Shown: positions 26,049 through 39,861 of the stretch, in pieces
How positions within the stretch are numbered: the stretch's first letter is position 1
How the letters are laid out: each line of letters begins with the position of its first letter
Translations under genes and position numbers: made by a program
Notes under the pieces: generated by a model
Told to the model about the DNA's origin: nothing
The model's database searches: none
What the model saw: only the letters and a program-made list of their open reading frames with translations
DNA from: Lama glama
Lineage: Eukaryota
Assembly: GCA_028534125.1 (NCBI GenBank)
Contig: CM052817.1
Coordinates: 23,934,001-23,998,000, forward strand
DNA length: 64,000 nt
Reading direction: 5' to 3'

Positions 26049-28270
26049 GAGGCATTAGCTACAAGCCAGTTAATTACAGAGCCCTTCAAAAATTGTGTTT
26101 TAACCTTAGAATTATTTATATTAGGCAGTCGTTTCTGCTAGAAAATGAATAGCAGGGCCAGTTGAAAGGAATGATGTGAAGTCTGAGTCAAAAAGTTCTT
26201 CACAAGGATGGGAAAGAGTTGATCTTTCTGTTACCATGACAGAAAATACATCCAACATCTCCAAAAATATTGTAAATTCATTGGAAATAATTGTCTTATT
26301 AATCTAGAGATCAAAAATATTCACCATGTCTCTACAATGCTATTAAGATGTAGACTGTGTTAAAGCATAAAAGATCAACATTAAATTCATGCAGAAAAGT
26401 CCATAAATAATTCATGTCTACAAGAGTCAAGGAGTAGCCACTAAAGCTATTCACAGTCTCATTTATTCCTACTGGATTAAATGGATTATAAATAAGAAAA
26501 CTAAATATGAGTAAAGTGTTATTCACCAATTAAAAATCACATCATAAGCAATAAAGTATATTCATTCTAAATAAACACATATGTGAAAGCCATCAAGCTA
26601 CCTCTGAGATTAACTTGGACACCAAATGAGAGAAAAATCTACATTAGAGCAATCCATTCCAAAATACATGCAGGTAGAACACAACCAAAAATTCTATAGA
26701 AATGTCTGTTAAGAATCATTTTCCTTTGGAAAAAAATACATGAAAAATCGATGGAACCACACTGAAATTATTGCAAATATCATGAGTAGTTGGCTTAGCG
26801 TTTGAAGACTAATATTTTCCTGCATTTTGTTTGTTTTAACTAATAAACACTAACATTTAGTGAATTTATCACTTTGACAGAAATAAGCCAGTTTTTCAAA
26901 ATCCAGTTTTCATATGACTTCCACCTACATAGAGTTCTGATTTCTTTTAAATTTTTGTATTTTCATTTCCCTTTCTTTTCTTTTTTACCTTTTCAGATGT
27001 TTTCCCAAGAATTCACTTTTATTGAGAAGAGCATTGCAAATGTCTGCACCTAACTTGTGTTAGTACTTTGCAGCTTTCAAATCCATTTTATATGCAATTT
27101 TCGTTTACTCCTTGGAACTAATGCATATGAATGTAAAGTACACTGTTTTCTTAGAGATTTCTGAAGCTCAACACCTTTCTTAATTTTCTTTTGTTTGACT
27201 TGTGAAATCCAGGGCTTCTGATTTATATGATCTTTTTAATCGATGGCAGTTCTCATACTCTGGAGCCTCTAAAGCACGAAGTGTAACTACATTTTTTCTA
27301 GTAAGTTCATGTGTCCCAAAAACACAGTTTCAAGGAATGCAGGCCTTGAGTTTTCTTGCAGATCATGTACATATAGCAGTATTTTTCAACAAATTTTCAA
27401 CAAATAAGGGAGACATTTATGCTTTTTGAATGTTCTAAAACCTGGGAGAAAATTTTATATTGAATCCTAAGAATCATAGGCCACACACATATTTTTTTCA
27501 TTTATAGTAATGGTCTTAGATGGAAACAGGCATTTTCATCACTGGATTTAGTTAAGTCTGGGTGCATCTGGAGGTTCTACGCTGGCAGTTCTGAAAATCT
27601 TTTGCAGCAGAAGGCTCCTCTGTTCAAATGAAATCTTCAGAGGAAATGAAAATAAAACAGATAAAACCGATGATACTCTGGTTGAAGTCAGGCGGGGGTG
27701 GGGGTGGGACCTCTTCCCCTCTGTGGGAACATGGCTAATTCTAAGCAGTTCCTTCTATCAGTGACACAGACTGCCCTGCAACTGAGCCTCGTGACTCGGG
27801 CCTCTGCTGTTGGGAAGGACTTGCAACAAAATAGTCTGTAAAAGTGAGAGCTGTTCCCTACGTGATAAAAGACACTGAGCCCAACACAGAAGTAACTTTA
27901 ATGTATGTTAAAGAAAGCAGTCCTGGAGAGTGGTGGCTATATTATGAGGGATAATTTTGGAGCAAGAGGTGGGCACAGCTGATTGAGCAGCAGAATGAGT
28001 AGCTTCCCATATCTGGATCTTCAGGGAAGACCTCACCTTTGATGCCTATCAGCAGGACCTAAGTTTCACAGCTTTCAAGGCCTTAGCAGCAGACATCATT
28101 AGGAACCAGGAAAAAGAGAAAAATTGCAGATGCCCATGGTAGCTGATAGGACATTTCTTGAGGAAATTTACAACATACCTTAGAAACACTCATAAATAAT
28201 TGAGGGGACGAAAAAGGCAAGGAAGGAAATCTAAGCCCCCCTTTACTTGCTAGAAGCCATATAACAGTGA

Positions 28271-28790
28271 CTGTATCAGACAGAGTGCAATGAGAAAAAG
28301 AGAATTCACATCAATAGTTTCAACAAGGAAGATTTAATATAAGGAAAGGTGGTGTAAGCTTTGGAGACCTTGAGAGCTAAAACGGAACACTGGGCAAACC
28401 CAGAGCTAATGAGGACAAGCAACTCAAGTGCCCCAAGGGCTCTGGGACCCAAAGGGAAAAGATGGAAGTTGCCAGAGTAGCTGCTTAGAGGTGGGGCCTC
28501 ATAGAGTGGAGGCTCAGACCTCTGACAGGGAGTCCCCCTTGGCTGGTGCTGGTTTCTCTAAGGCATGTGATGAGATATTCTGGAAGTACCAAAAGGAGTG
28601 GGAAGAAATAGTCACTTTGGCTCTGGATTACTACTTCCAGGAAATGCTAAGAAAAAAACAAGAAAGAGAGGGAGGTCCTCTATGCCCTTCCCACCCTATC
28701 CTCCATCCCCTCTAGTGACCCCTATTGGCAGAACCAAATAGGACATCAGCCGGTAAAGCTGTACCATACAGAAGCATAAGGAAGAATACA
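28271..28790 (-). mobile_element. Old ERVL-class solo LTR (LTR33-like)
   Basis: Begins 'tgtatcagacagagtgcaatgagaaaaagagaattcac...gatttaatataagg' (poly-A signal on the minus strand). Family assigned by eye. Confidence 0.5.
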
Positions 28791-29627
28791 TTTGGGGCAA
28801 AACCACAATAGACAAACAGAGAAGGACAGAAAAGAACTGTGTACGACTAATTATGGCCCTATATTTTTTTTTTCCCAGATTGGTGTGACAGCACCATTTG
28901 GTGACACTTTTTCCTTATTTGATTCTCTATTGTTCAAAATTAAAGTGGAAAAGCATAAAAGATAGAAAATGTCGTGTAAAATTACTCTCAGAAAAAAAGT
29001 TTTATATAAATTATGGCAAGGCCATAATTTTTGAAGACATTTTTGACATTGAATTTTATATATTGAGGTAGTAATATTAAATTTGCACCATTCAGTATCA
29101 TGAAAATATATATTATAGGCAATTTTACACACATTAGAAATCATTTAATATTAGGGGCTTGACTGATAATGCCTGGTCTTAAAATTTTCTTGACTAAAGT
29201 GTTATCCTCTGCTTTTTAGAACTCAAAATTCTGGGGTCCCAACCAGATACATCTGTAGGTGTTCATACTTATTTAATTTTTTGAATAAAATTTTTGCTCC
29301 ATATATCACACATTGTGTAACTGTAGGATGTTTATCTATTTAATATATAGTAATAATCACTTTTTGAATATTCACCATGTGGCAGAAACTGTTAAACCAC
29401 TTGGAAAACTACAAGTGAGGAACTTTAAACTACAACGGAGTTACTTTAATCTCAGTAACTTCTGGTCACACTTTCTTCTGTATATTTGGTACTTGAAACA
29501 AATGGATTATGCTTGCTCTAATCCAAACACAGGCTCAATATTGGACTCTGAAGCCTGGCTGTGTAGATCTCAATCCCTGTTCTAGGCTAACTTGCCCATT
29601 CATTCAACAGATGTTTATTGCACTTAC

Positions 29628-30215
29628 TCTATCAGTCAGGGTTCAGGCAGGGGAGGAGAGTCACTATGTGTTCTGAGAAAAGGAATTTATTATAAGAAAC
29701 AGACTTTACAAATGTGGGAGGAGCTGAGGAAGTGAAAATCTGGAAGGCAGCATTTAGAACATCAGAGAAGTTAGCAAGCAGCCAATCTGAGAAGCCAAGT
29801 ACATCCTGTTGCTAAATTAGAACCATAAAAGGGTGTTCCATGGGGAGCTTTCTCTCCATGGAGAGTTGTTCTTTCTATGGAGACCAACCAGCTCTGGGTC
29901 CACAGCCAAGTGTTTAGGAGTATACATGAGGCCACTGTTGATCTTCAGGGCCAGTAAGCTACAAGACCAACTGGCAGAGAAGGGGAGAACTAAGACACAC
30001 TGGAACCCACTGATCGCAGCTTCATCTGCCCATCATCTCATCTGGCTGCAGAACAACTTTCAAAGAGTAATGTCTGCTGCATCACTTCCAATTTTCAAAC
30101 CTCTTGCAAGTGCTTCTTTTGGCTACCTCTATAGGTAGGGGGACCATCTAGGTGAGGGGATTCTGGGAAACAGTTCTCAATTTAATGAGAATGATGTAAT
30201 AGTACATCACAGCCT
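29628..30215 (-). mobile_element. Old ERVL-class solo LTR
   Basis: 'tcagtcagggttcaggcagg...ggaatttattataagaaacagactttacaaatgtgggaggagctg' is the pattern of old ERVL LTRs in reverse orientation. Confidence 0.5.
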
Positions 30216-30343
30216 GTCCATGCAAGAAACTCAGTAAGTAATCCTCTGTAAAATGGGAATAATAACAGGGTGTTTGTGACAATGAAATGACATAATGCAC
30301 ATAAAGATTTTAGCAGTGTCTGCCACATGGTGAATATTCAAAA

Positions 30344-30393
<50 letters not shown>
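30344..30393 (+). repeat. (ATT)n microsatellite at the tail of a MIR (~30240-30343)
   Basis: About 16 perfect ATT units following MIR 'ctgtaaaatgggaataataac...'. Confidence 0.95.
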
Positions 30394-30397
<4 letters not shown>

Positions 30398-30488
30398 TGA
30401 AGAGATAAATAAAAATGGAAAGTAGTGTGATTAACTCTGCTCAAGGTAAATTAAGGACATTATATGTACACATTATATGCCCAGTATA

Positions 30489-30933
30489 TTGTTTTGGTGG
30501 CCATGAGAAGGTGTCTCTTGGATCTCTGACTGCTTAGTATGTAACTAATGGACCCAGCTTTTAAGCTTTGAAACCCATCACCTCAATGCTGTTAGGGCCA
30601 TGCCTTCCCGTTGGCCTCCAGCCAATGACTGGGTGTGGCAGCAATACTAAGGCAAGTGTGCTCCCGGAGACCAGAAATTCCTCTGGCAGTAGAGATTTTG
30701 GCTCAAGACCTACTAGATGACCATGATGAACTTTCTTTAGAGCTGCAAGGTGCATCTAGAATCAATACTTTCTCTCCTTCCTTCCTTCCTTCCCTGTCTC
30801 TTTTCTTCACCCAAGGTCAGACCAAGCTTCTCCCAGCTCCCTTCCCTTTTCTCTCACTGGCAGTTCCCCTGAATAAATTTCTAGCATGTTTAATCTGGTA
30901 CTGGTGTTTGCTTTTTGGAGGACATGGGCTAAC
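30489..30933 (+). mobile_element. LTR16-family (ERVL) solo LTR
   Basis: CCAAT-containing 'ccagccaatgactg' and 3' end 'aataaatttctagcatgtttaatctggtactggtgtttgctttttggaggacatgggctaac'. Confidence 0.7.
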
Positions 30934-31515
30934 TTGAGTGCAAAGGAAAAATGTCAGTACCCTAAAAAAATAAAGTGTAGTACCAAAAAGTGAAAAAAGG
31001 AGAAATTAATAAACAGGTGATTAATTCAGAAGAGTTGATCTTTATAATTTTATTAGACCACCAAGAAAAGCTGCCTGGGTATTAATTCTCAACTTCTTTC
31101 TTTACAGAGAGTTTCAAGATAAAAGTTTTATTTGTTTATTTATTTATTTTTACATAGCGTTTACATATTTTATACACCCTACCTTCTCTCTCAGAAGCCA
31201 GGCTGTGACTGGGGAGTCCCTCAGTGAGAAGGGGAAAATCCTGTTCTCCTGAGGCCACACTGGTGCAGACTCATGGAAGCCACTCCCATTTCCTAGCTCC
31301 CTTCCTTCTTGTCCACAGCCACTGGGCTTTTTGGCTGCAATGAAGTCGTGGCTGGGAGAGTATCCTGGGAAGAGTATCAACCTTTCCACGTTCCAGGAGT
31401 CCAAGTAGGTAGAGAGACACTTGATCCTGCTGTTTACAATGCAGTATTGAGTGGACACGCATCTATTCCAGCCTAAAGCGTAGTTAATGTAATATTTGAA
31501 TGAGACTGTTAGGGA

Positions 31516-31935
31516 TGTTAAAAGATAAACTGAGGCATATTAAGCATTTTAAGAGTTTATGTGTTGTACTGAACACTGGAATTTGACACAACACTGTAAA
31601 ATGATTATGAATCAAAAAAAAATGCTGAAGAAAAAAAAAAAGAGTTTATGTGGGCAAAAATCGACTCAACTCAGGCAGTGTCAAGTTAGAGGTGGTTAGG
31701 AGCACTCTACAAAGAGCCAGGGGAAAGACTTATATAGAGAAAGTGCAGAAGCAAAGAAAGGAAATGATCTGATTGGCTGTAGTTTAAAGCCTAGCTGGCT
31801 ATTTGTGATTGGTTGTCCTTAGCATTTTAATTTCATAATCTTGAGGCCTTTAGAGACTTAAATTTGGATCTGCTTGTGTGGCTGCCGTGGCATTGGCGCC
31901 TTCTCAGCCTGTTGGCCTCCTTGTTTAATTTAACA
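31516..31935 (-). mobile_element. ERV1-class solo LTR (MER57-like), interrupted by a tiny L1 insertion
   Basis: Terminal inverted repeat TGTTAAA...TTTAACA, near-TSD GGGA/GAGA, two CCAAT boxes and a TATATAA on the minus strand. Confidence 0.75.
31564..31639 (+). mobile_element. 76-bp 5'-truncated young L1 tail with 13-bp TSD
   Basis: AAGAGTTTATGTG at 31551-31563 and 31640-31652, preceded by TTTT, with an A-rich tail. Confidence 0.9.
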
Positions 31936-34900
31936 GAGATAAACTAATCCTCATTTCTTTGCCTGCTTTAACCTCTATTCCTGCATCAATTGAGGTTATC
32001 AGTAATTAGCACATCTAAGTAAATATTCTATTGTCCTAAAGACAATTCTTTTCCCATAATACAATTTAATTTTCAACTACTCTCAATGAAATTTGATACA
32101 AGAACCATGAAGAAAGTTTGATGCTTTTTCAAAGCCTCTTTTGGAGACCTTGTTTATTATTTTAGTGCTCTTTACATCAAGATCTCTACATTAAAATCAT
32201 CAAGGATTCAGTATTAGAAATGTGTTATACCTTCTTTCATCTAAACATGAGACCAGTAGAATTCATCGTGCTGTTGCCTTGATGGCCAGGGAGCTCACTG
32301 TTAGGTTCAGTGCTTAAGAGCAATCTTAGCTCTTTTTCAGTAATTTCTTTTCTTTTTTTTTTCCTGAATAATTTCTGATTTTTCTGATTTTATCTGTAAT
32401 GATCATATATTTATGAGTTTAAGTACCTCAAAATATTTGGATTTGTGGGGGTGGGAAATACACAGGTTATAACTACTATATATGCCTATATATGTGCATA
32501 TATTCTATATATGTTTATATATATAAAATACATATATATAAATGTTGACTCCACTCAAACCATGATTACAAATTCCTGACCAACTTTTAGAAAGAAATAA
32601 TACTTAAGGGAGTTGTAAATACTTTAACAGTTCCAATTCAAGTAAGTGTGTGAAGCTTGTATCTCAGCTTTTCTACTTAAAAGAATGATTCACTCTCTTT
32701 CGCCTGCAGCAGGTGCCGGAACTGGAACATGGAACTCACCAGCTGCAGAGGCAGCTCTGTAGTAAAACCTCGTCCTCTTCACCTAGTTTTCCCCTCAGTG
32801 TCCTCATTTATAAAAGGAGGACCAGTGGGGCCTAAGGGATCACTTCCAGCTCTGGAATTGTATGATTCTTTAGAGTTTAAGGTTATTCGATTTTGACACT
32901 TCATGATTTAATTATCCTAAGAGAACTTGTTCAGGAATGACAAGGAGGGGTGGCATTGGCAAAAGGAAGTTTCCATACTCACATCTATTTACAAAGACAT
33001 GCTCAGGAAATAGACCCTAGTGAAGCATTTCCTCTCAAATTAGATTTGAATGTTATATCACATATGAGCCTTCTGAAGTTTCAAGAACTCAAAATTCCAT
33101 CCAGTGATCTGACATCATCAAAACAGATCCTTCACATGTCAAAGGAACTAATTAATTATGGGGAAAAATTGATACCAAAAATATGTACATCTTTATTATA
33201 GTAGGTTTTTTTTGAAACTATAACCATTTAAAAACACACTTTTTTTGTTACACATTGTGAAAAACAGATGCTATCAACAATGGAGAATACTCTGAGTTAC
33301 GATTTAGAACTAGAGTCATTTGTTTTGTTTCAAGCATAACTGTTGACAATTGCTTTGTTCTAGCCATCAAGATAAACAAAGCAATCAGATCTGAAAGAAT
33401 TTGGCATTAACTTTATTGTGAAATATCAGATAGTTTCTCCATGCTGCAACAGGTTGGGAACTGGTCTTTTACCTGTAGCACTAAGAAAAACTCCAAACAA
33501 AAATATATAATAAAGGCAAATTTTAAGCATTAGAAATTGTTTATTTGAGTCCATCTTAAAGAGTTGGCTACCTAGCCTCTCCTAGTAATCTAAACTATAC
33601 GAAAAGGATGTAAGTAGCCCACTTTAATATCAGCCACATGAGGAATGGGACGTGTGTTCCCTAGTGCTAAGAGAAGACATAACACACAATAGATGCTCAG
33701 TAAACATTTGTTAAATGAATGAACATGTTTGTAAGTTGTCTTGCTCAATTTAGGGTTTAGAATTGAATTAATTAGCACTCACCAAAATGGATGGATTTTA
33801 TTTCTGCAAAACTTATGGAATACATTTTAAAATGTGTGTGTAATTACATGTGTATATTTAGAGGCCACTGATATATTTCCAGTCTAGTGTACAGTTGAGT
33901 TGGTTGCTGTTGTTTTATTCTAAAATACTGAAAATGAACTCTCAACTTGTGGGAAATCCCTTGGGTCTGAGCTTACAAAGTGCTATAAGCTCTATTTTAT
34001 CTTGGTATTGAGGCTCTCCAAAGAACACATCTCTCAAAACCACAAAAGGAAACTGTATTTTATGTAGCAGATGCAATCAGTCACAGCACAAAAACAGCAA
34101 TTTTCTGAAAGTTCATGAGATCCAAAAACTTTGAATCTGCAGATTCAGCTGAAAGGGACTAGAAGCAGTTACCTGATATTGTATACTTCCACTGGTTTAC
34201 CATCTTTGCATCCCAGAAAATCACTCGAGAGTAAACATGTGGGGAAAAAAGACACATTGGCAATTAACATAGAGTAGTGTGAGAAATCCCAGGATCCCCC
34301 AGAGAAGAAGCAAGTGCCCTGCATGTTGTAGGTCAGAATGCTTACATCTTCATCCAAACTCACATCCACAAAGTTTTCTCTGGACCAACCAAATTCAATT
34401 ATCCACCAGCCTGACAGGTTCAAGGATTGAGCAGAAAATGTCATTGTTAAAAATAAATTGGTATACAACCTAGAGGACTTTTTATTTTTAAGTTCAATAT
34501 GTTGCCAGCTTCACAATTCTTGTCCCCACGGAAACAGGATGTGCTTGGTTGAACTTGGTGATGAGTGAAACAGCCACCTCCCTCACTGCTGCAGCTGCAT
34601 CCTTGGGGATGGTTTCACCAGGAAGTTCTCCTGACTGCTGCACTCTTGGCTCCTCTGTGGTTCCACTCTTCTTTCTACAAGTCGGGGACCTTGCAACAGG
34701 TTTGACACTGCATCTGAGGATGTCTCAAGCAAATTATTTATATTTCACATCCACCATTCGACTTGCCTGCCTGTGTTATTTGCTGTTCTGTCCCTTTGCT
34801 ATCCTTGTCTAATCCATAGCACTCAGGCTTTTGAAACCCTGCTTAATACATGGCTACTTTGCTCTTTACATTTTTGGTTTCCTTTGATCCTTATCAAGTG

Positions 34901-36977
34901 CAATGTTTAGTCACTCCTACTAGATTTTTAAGACCCCCAGGAACAAGAGCTCTGTCTTTTAAGCCACCCGGAGGATTAAGACAATGTTTAGCAAACAATA
35001 AGCCCGTAATATTTATTGATAAGTGGGCAAATGTTTCACATCACGGCTCCTTTCTCTGTAATATGTAGATGTACCAATTGTCCTCGCATTTATTCAGCAG
35101 AGATTTGGTGATAAATACCTGGCTTCTCTTCAGCAGGTTATCCTTGACCTTATCCTGCTGCTTGTGTGGGTCATGGCTCACAGGTGATGTTGATTAAAGT
35201 TGTAAACTGTCCACAATATATATTATTGGCCCAGATTTCCCAGCTAATTGTGAAACTGTAGGGAAGACATTACTGTCACGTTGAACCAGTTAACACTGTA
35301 TGGAAGCTAAAGCTATAACCACATAGCAAACTTCTTCAAGAATACACTTGCCCTACTATATTCTGCTTCTTTGTTTATTTTGTATCATACAAAAGGGCAT
35401 TGCCACAGCTGCCGGATTAAGCAATGGCTCAAAATACCAGTCTTCAAGGTCATGCAAACACACTGCTGTTTCTTCCTTTGGATGTGGATAAAGATTTCAA
35501 CTTCCTATAAAAATCCCCCATAAACTCATAAATGGCCCTCCCCTGGATCACCTCTTCCTCTCAAAAAGCATATTAAAGATAGTTTCTTGTTTTTTAAATT
35601 CCTAGCCTGTCCCCAGCTCGCTCTCCTTGCAGCGCTCCACTTTCTGGGTTCTTAGGAATGCTGAGATTGTTTTCCAGGTATTAAGTTCACAGCTTGTTGC
35701 TGAAATGAGAGCAACTGAAGTACAAGGAAATATTTGGGAGTCTAGTGCTTTAAAATAAACCCTTGAATTTCTTAATGAGAATATTTTGAATATGTGAAAA
35801 ATGCATATTTAAAAATCCTCCAGCTTATCCCACAAGCTAAATTCTGAAGACTCCTTGTACTTTCAGTTTCTGCATTAGTAATGATCTATTCTTTAGAAAT
35901 TGCTCCTTTTGCCTATTCTAAGCTATCATTAACATTTTGAAGACTTCACGGATGAAACTGCAGTTTTTAAAAGTACCCAAACAGAAGAGTTGGTTCTTCC
36001 TTGGATGAATACATCACTTCTCTTGTACACTGAAATAAAAGAAGTCCTCTGGTCTTGAACATTCTGGCATATTTCTCCTAGTACTATCAGCCCCTCTCAG
36101 GACGTGAATAAGGCATTCCTTCAAAACACAAGGAAGCCGCGTCCCATACAGAGACACTGACTGACTGTACCGTCCTGTATAATCAAATGAATTCATATGG
36201 CACCTTTACTGAAATGCAATTAAATATTAATCCCCAAGCACCTAGTTTATTTTCCAGGAGTGAACTTGGGACTTTAGGAAAATACAAACCAATTTAAGAC
36301 TAAGGAGAGATCACAACCAGGTATTTGCAGCAAAAGAGAATATGAGAGAGGCAGCGGTGAAGACAAATTGGATGATACGATCTAAACCAGAACTTTCTTT
36401 TGTCTGCCTCCACCTGGACAAAGTGGCATATAGCATCCATTATTTATTAGGAGTTCTGCTTTTAAAACAAAACAAATATTCTTAGGCAATATACACATAT
36501 AAAAAAAGTAGAGCTGATTTTCAGACTTGATTTTCAAATAGCATTCTTAGTGTCTTTGAAAGTAGCAGCCAAGAGTTAAAAAACAACCCTCATCTTGTGT
36601 TCGATAATACCACAGAGTATTTCTAACTTCAGCGTTAGCTTCTGTCTACTGACTAGATCTATTTAAATTTCCTAACCTGTTTAATGAGCTCCAAAAATAA
36701 ATGTATATTATAGAGAAAACTGAAGCTCACTCACTCTTTACAGAGAAATGACACAGAGAGGGCATTTATGGAGTGTGTGACCTAAATAACCCAAAGCAGG
36801 TTTAATTCAATATGGGAGCCTGGGATTACATTGGAGCTGTTATCTGGGTCTACCAGTAACTGTAACAGCATCTTTTAAAGGTGGCACAATCTTGGATCGT
36901 CTGTGTCCTAGCAAAGACTGAGTCTTTTCTCAAATTTTTTAAATCAAATGAAGTGTCCTTAAAATTTTATAGCTAGT

Positions 36978-37152
36978 CTTTTTTTTTCTTTTTTTTAAAC
37001 ATTTTTTTATTGATTTATAATCATTTTACAATGTGTCAAATTCCAGTGTTCAGCAGTTTTTCAGTCATTCATGGACATATACACACTCGTCACATTTTTT
37101 TCTCTGTGATTTATCGTATCATTTTGTGTATATTTCCCTGTGCTATACAGTG
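36978..37152 (-). mobile_element. 175-bp 5'-truncated young L1 3' end with 10-bp TSD
   Basis: TATAGCTAGT at 36968-36977 and 37153-37162, poly-T head, same 3' sequence family as the 31564 insert. Confidence 0.88.
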
Positions 37153-39723
37153 TATAGCTAGTTTTGAATTAAGAAATCAACCAGTAAAAAATGATGCATT
37201 TCTCATAGTACTTTAAATATCAGAAAAAACCTCCTCCCGATGACAGCACTTCACTGCGCAGACCCAACGTGTGGGCTGAGAAGGACCTGGAAGGGTATCC
37301 CAGAGAAGCTTCAATTTTACCATCACAGATTCATTTTTTAAAAATTCAAGTAATGTTGGTGAGGAAACTCACAGACCTGCCAAGACTCTGGTGCAAATGG
37401 GTTTACCCAAGTGATTTTTGGCAGATGATGGAAGGCAGCAAAAGAAAAAGAATAGCATGGAAGATATGCTGAAAGGGAGAGGTGGGTGGGAAACAGAGCC
37501 AAAAAGGAGATGCCAGTGATTATTTCATAACAAAAACGCTTGCCTAGGGCTGTTCCTCCCACCATTGCCACTCACTGAGATCCTGAGGCGCCCTGAACCT
37601 GGTGATAAGAGCAGAGAGGAGGGGCAGTGAACAAATAAGACAGGTTGATAGCAATTTTCTGATTTCAGACCTGGTTAATATCTGTAGTGAATGTAAGTAA
37701 TTTAACCCAGCAGTTGATGGCATAAGATCAAATGTATCACGATAACAAGGGTGAAAGAGGGGAGAAAGCTGTGGTTCTAAGGAACTTAATACTTTCCATT
37801 TATAATGAATTTTATTTCTGAGCAACAAAGACACTTGAGGATTCAATGTGTATGATATTGTTCTCTGAGTGATAACGGACATTGGTGGAGGGGGTCCTGA
37901 GGCAGTCTCAGCTCATCCAGATTTAGTTGGAAGAGTTCAATTATTTCTGTAAAGCAGCACATTGGACACCTCTCAGCTTCCTTTCCCCAGTTTATAAAAG
38001 AGTGTCCATGACATGGAGGGTGAGGTTCATGCTGAGGAATTTGTTTCTTGCAAATTTATTTTTGCAGTGCAAGGAATAAGACTTCTGATGACAAATTCAA
38101 CTTTCAAAGAGATGAGTGCTTCTATGATGTGTCTAGGAATAAATTCTCTAAGAAATGATAGAGTGTGGGTAGGAGGGACATTCTGTGGAGGTGAGGTCTC
38201 CCACAGCACAGTCCTGTCCTTTGCTGGATCTCCTTATGACTGTCCAGAGGAGAGAAGGGAAACTGGAGGTGAATTTAAAGATATGTATCATGTCGAAACA
38301 TATCACACTTTCTCTTTTCTCTGACTTCTTTCTTCTTTTTAAAAAATTCTTTTTTCAGTTAGTTTTTCTTTCTCTTTGCCAGAACTACACCTCAAATGTT
38401 AATCTCGCCCAGGTAGAAGTAAGCCGTGACAAAGGTACAGAAACACATTCTAAATACTGGGATACCATACAGTCTGCTGTAGCCATGCATCTGACACACC
38501 CTCACTGGAAAATCTGTCTCTGAAAATTCTGGCAGAAAAGAAGACAGTCTAGTTTTCATTTCACGTGAAAATGTACTGCATCGGTTTCATGTTGTCAGCG
38601 CATGACTGTGTACAGAGTCATGGTTTTCACACAATGACTCAACAGAGATGGGTTGTAAACTATAATCCAACACTGAGAGAAATTTCAGAAGCCATTAATG
38701 TTGTTAAAAAGAGAGCTTTTGCTAACCAAATAATTGAATAATACGGTTCCTGACACCCTGAACAAACCATTTTTGTTTTACAGTGACTGTAGAATTTGCC
38801 AGTAAGAATGTCTAATACTAAACTTCTGGGTATGACAAAACATATCAAAAACAGTAATTACAGTACTCGAATGGTAGAGACTTGAGAATTTACTTAAACA
38901 CAAAGGAATGAAATCATCTCTGCAAATATGTCTGCTCTAGTTTTCAAATCTGGTGACTTAGTTTGAATCAACTCCTTTACTTCTACTTCTCATTAACACA
39001 TAAAAATGACAAAAAAGAAGAAAATAATTTTCAAATCTATAATTAAATGGCTCCATCCCCATTTTTGTTGGCATACTTTTCAAGTAAATCTTACAGTTGT
39101 CTTAATTTATATGGAAATCATTAACAAGAAGTTACTTGCCTACGTGGAACTTATTTGGAGTCCAATTTTTTAAACTTATGTAAAAAATGAGAAAGCATTT
39201 GAAACTTTTATGAGAAAATCAGAAATTTGAATCCTGATCAAGCGTTTGATGATGGTAAGGAATTTTTTATTACATTTTTAAGAGACTATTATGATGAAAT
39301 TTTTAAAAGAAACTGTGAGTTGTTTATTACATTTCATCATTATCTTAAGTCATCAAACTTTTCTTGACCTTCTGCTGTACCTAGAGCTCCGTGCTCCTGA
39401 TGAAGTATTTCATATTGGGCCATGACCAGGTGGAAATTATTCTACCTCTGAAGATCATGCCCAGCCTCTTTGACTGCTTCTAACTTAAGTTTATTCTTGA
39501 ACACTTGCCACTGAATTCCAGGCATTTTCAAGGATTATAAACTTAATTCATTAAGTCATTATAAAGTTAATAGAATATGCGTTAGCTGTTCTGAAGTAAC
39601 CCATTCGATATGAATATGTTACATCAACTTCAATACCATTGTCAAAGGACCAGTAGTAAATGCAACATTCTGCCTTAATTCTTTTTTTAATATGTGAATT
39701 TAGTTTATCTCGATGTAATATAT

Positions 39724-39727
<4 letters not shown>

Positions 39728-39769
<42 letters not shown>
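39728..39769. repeat. (TA)n microsatellite, about 21 units
   Basis: Directly visible. Confidence 0.97.
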
Positions 39770-39772
<3 letters not shown>

Positions 39773-39861
39773 TTTGAAAATAAAATAGCATGACAACACT
39801 CTGTGGAGAAGCAACAGATGAGTGCCTCTTGCTCTCCTTCTAACCCAAGTACCCAAGGATC

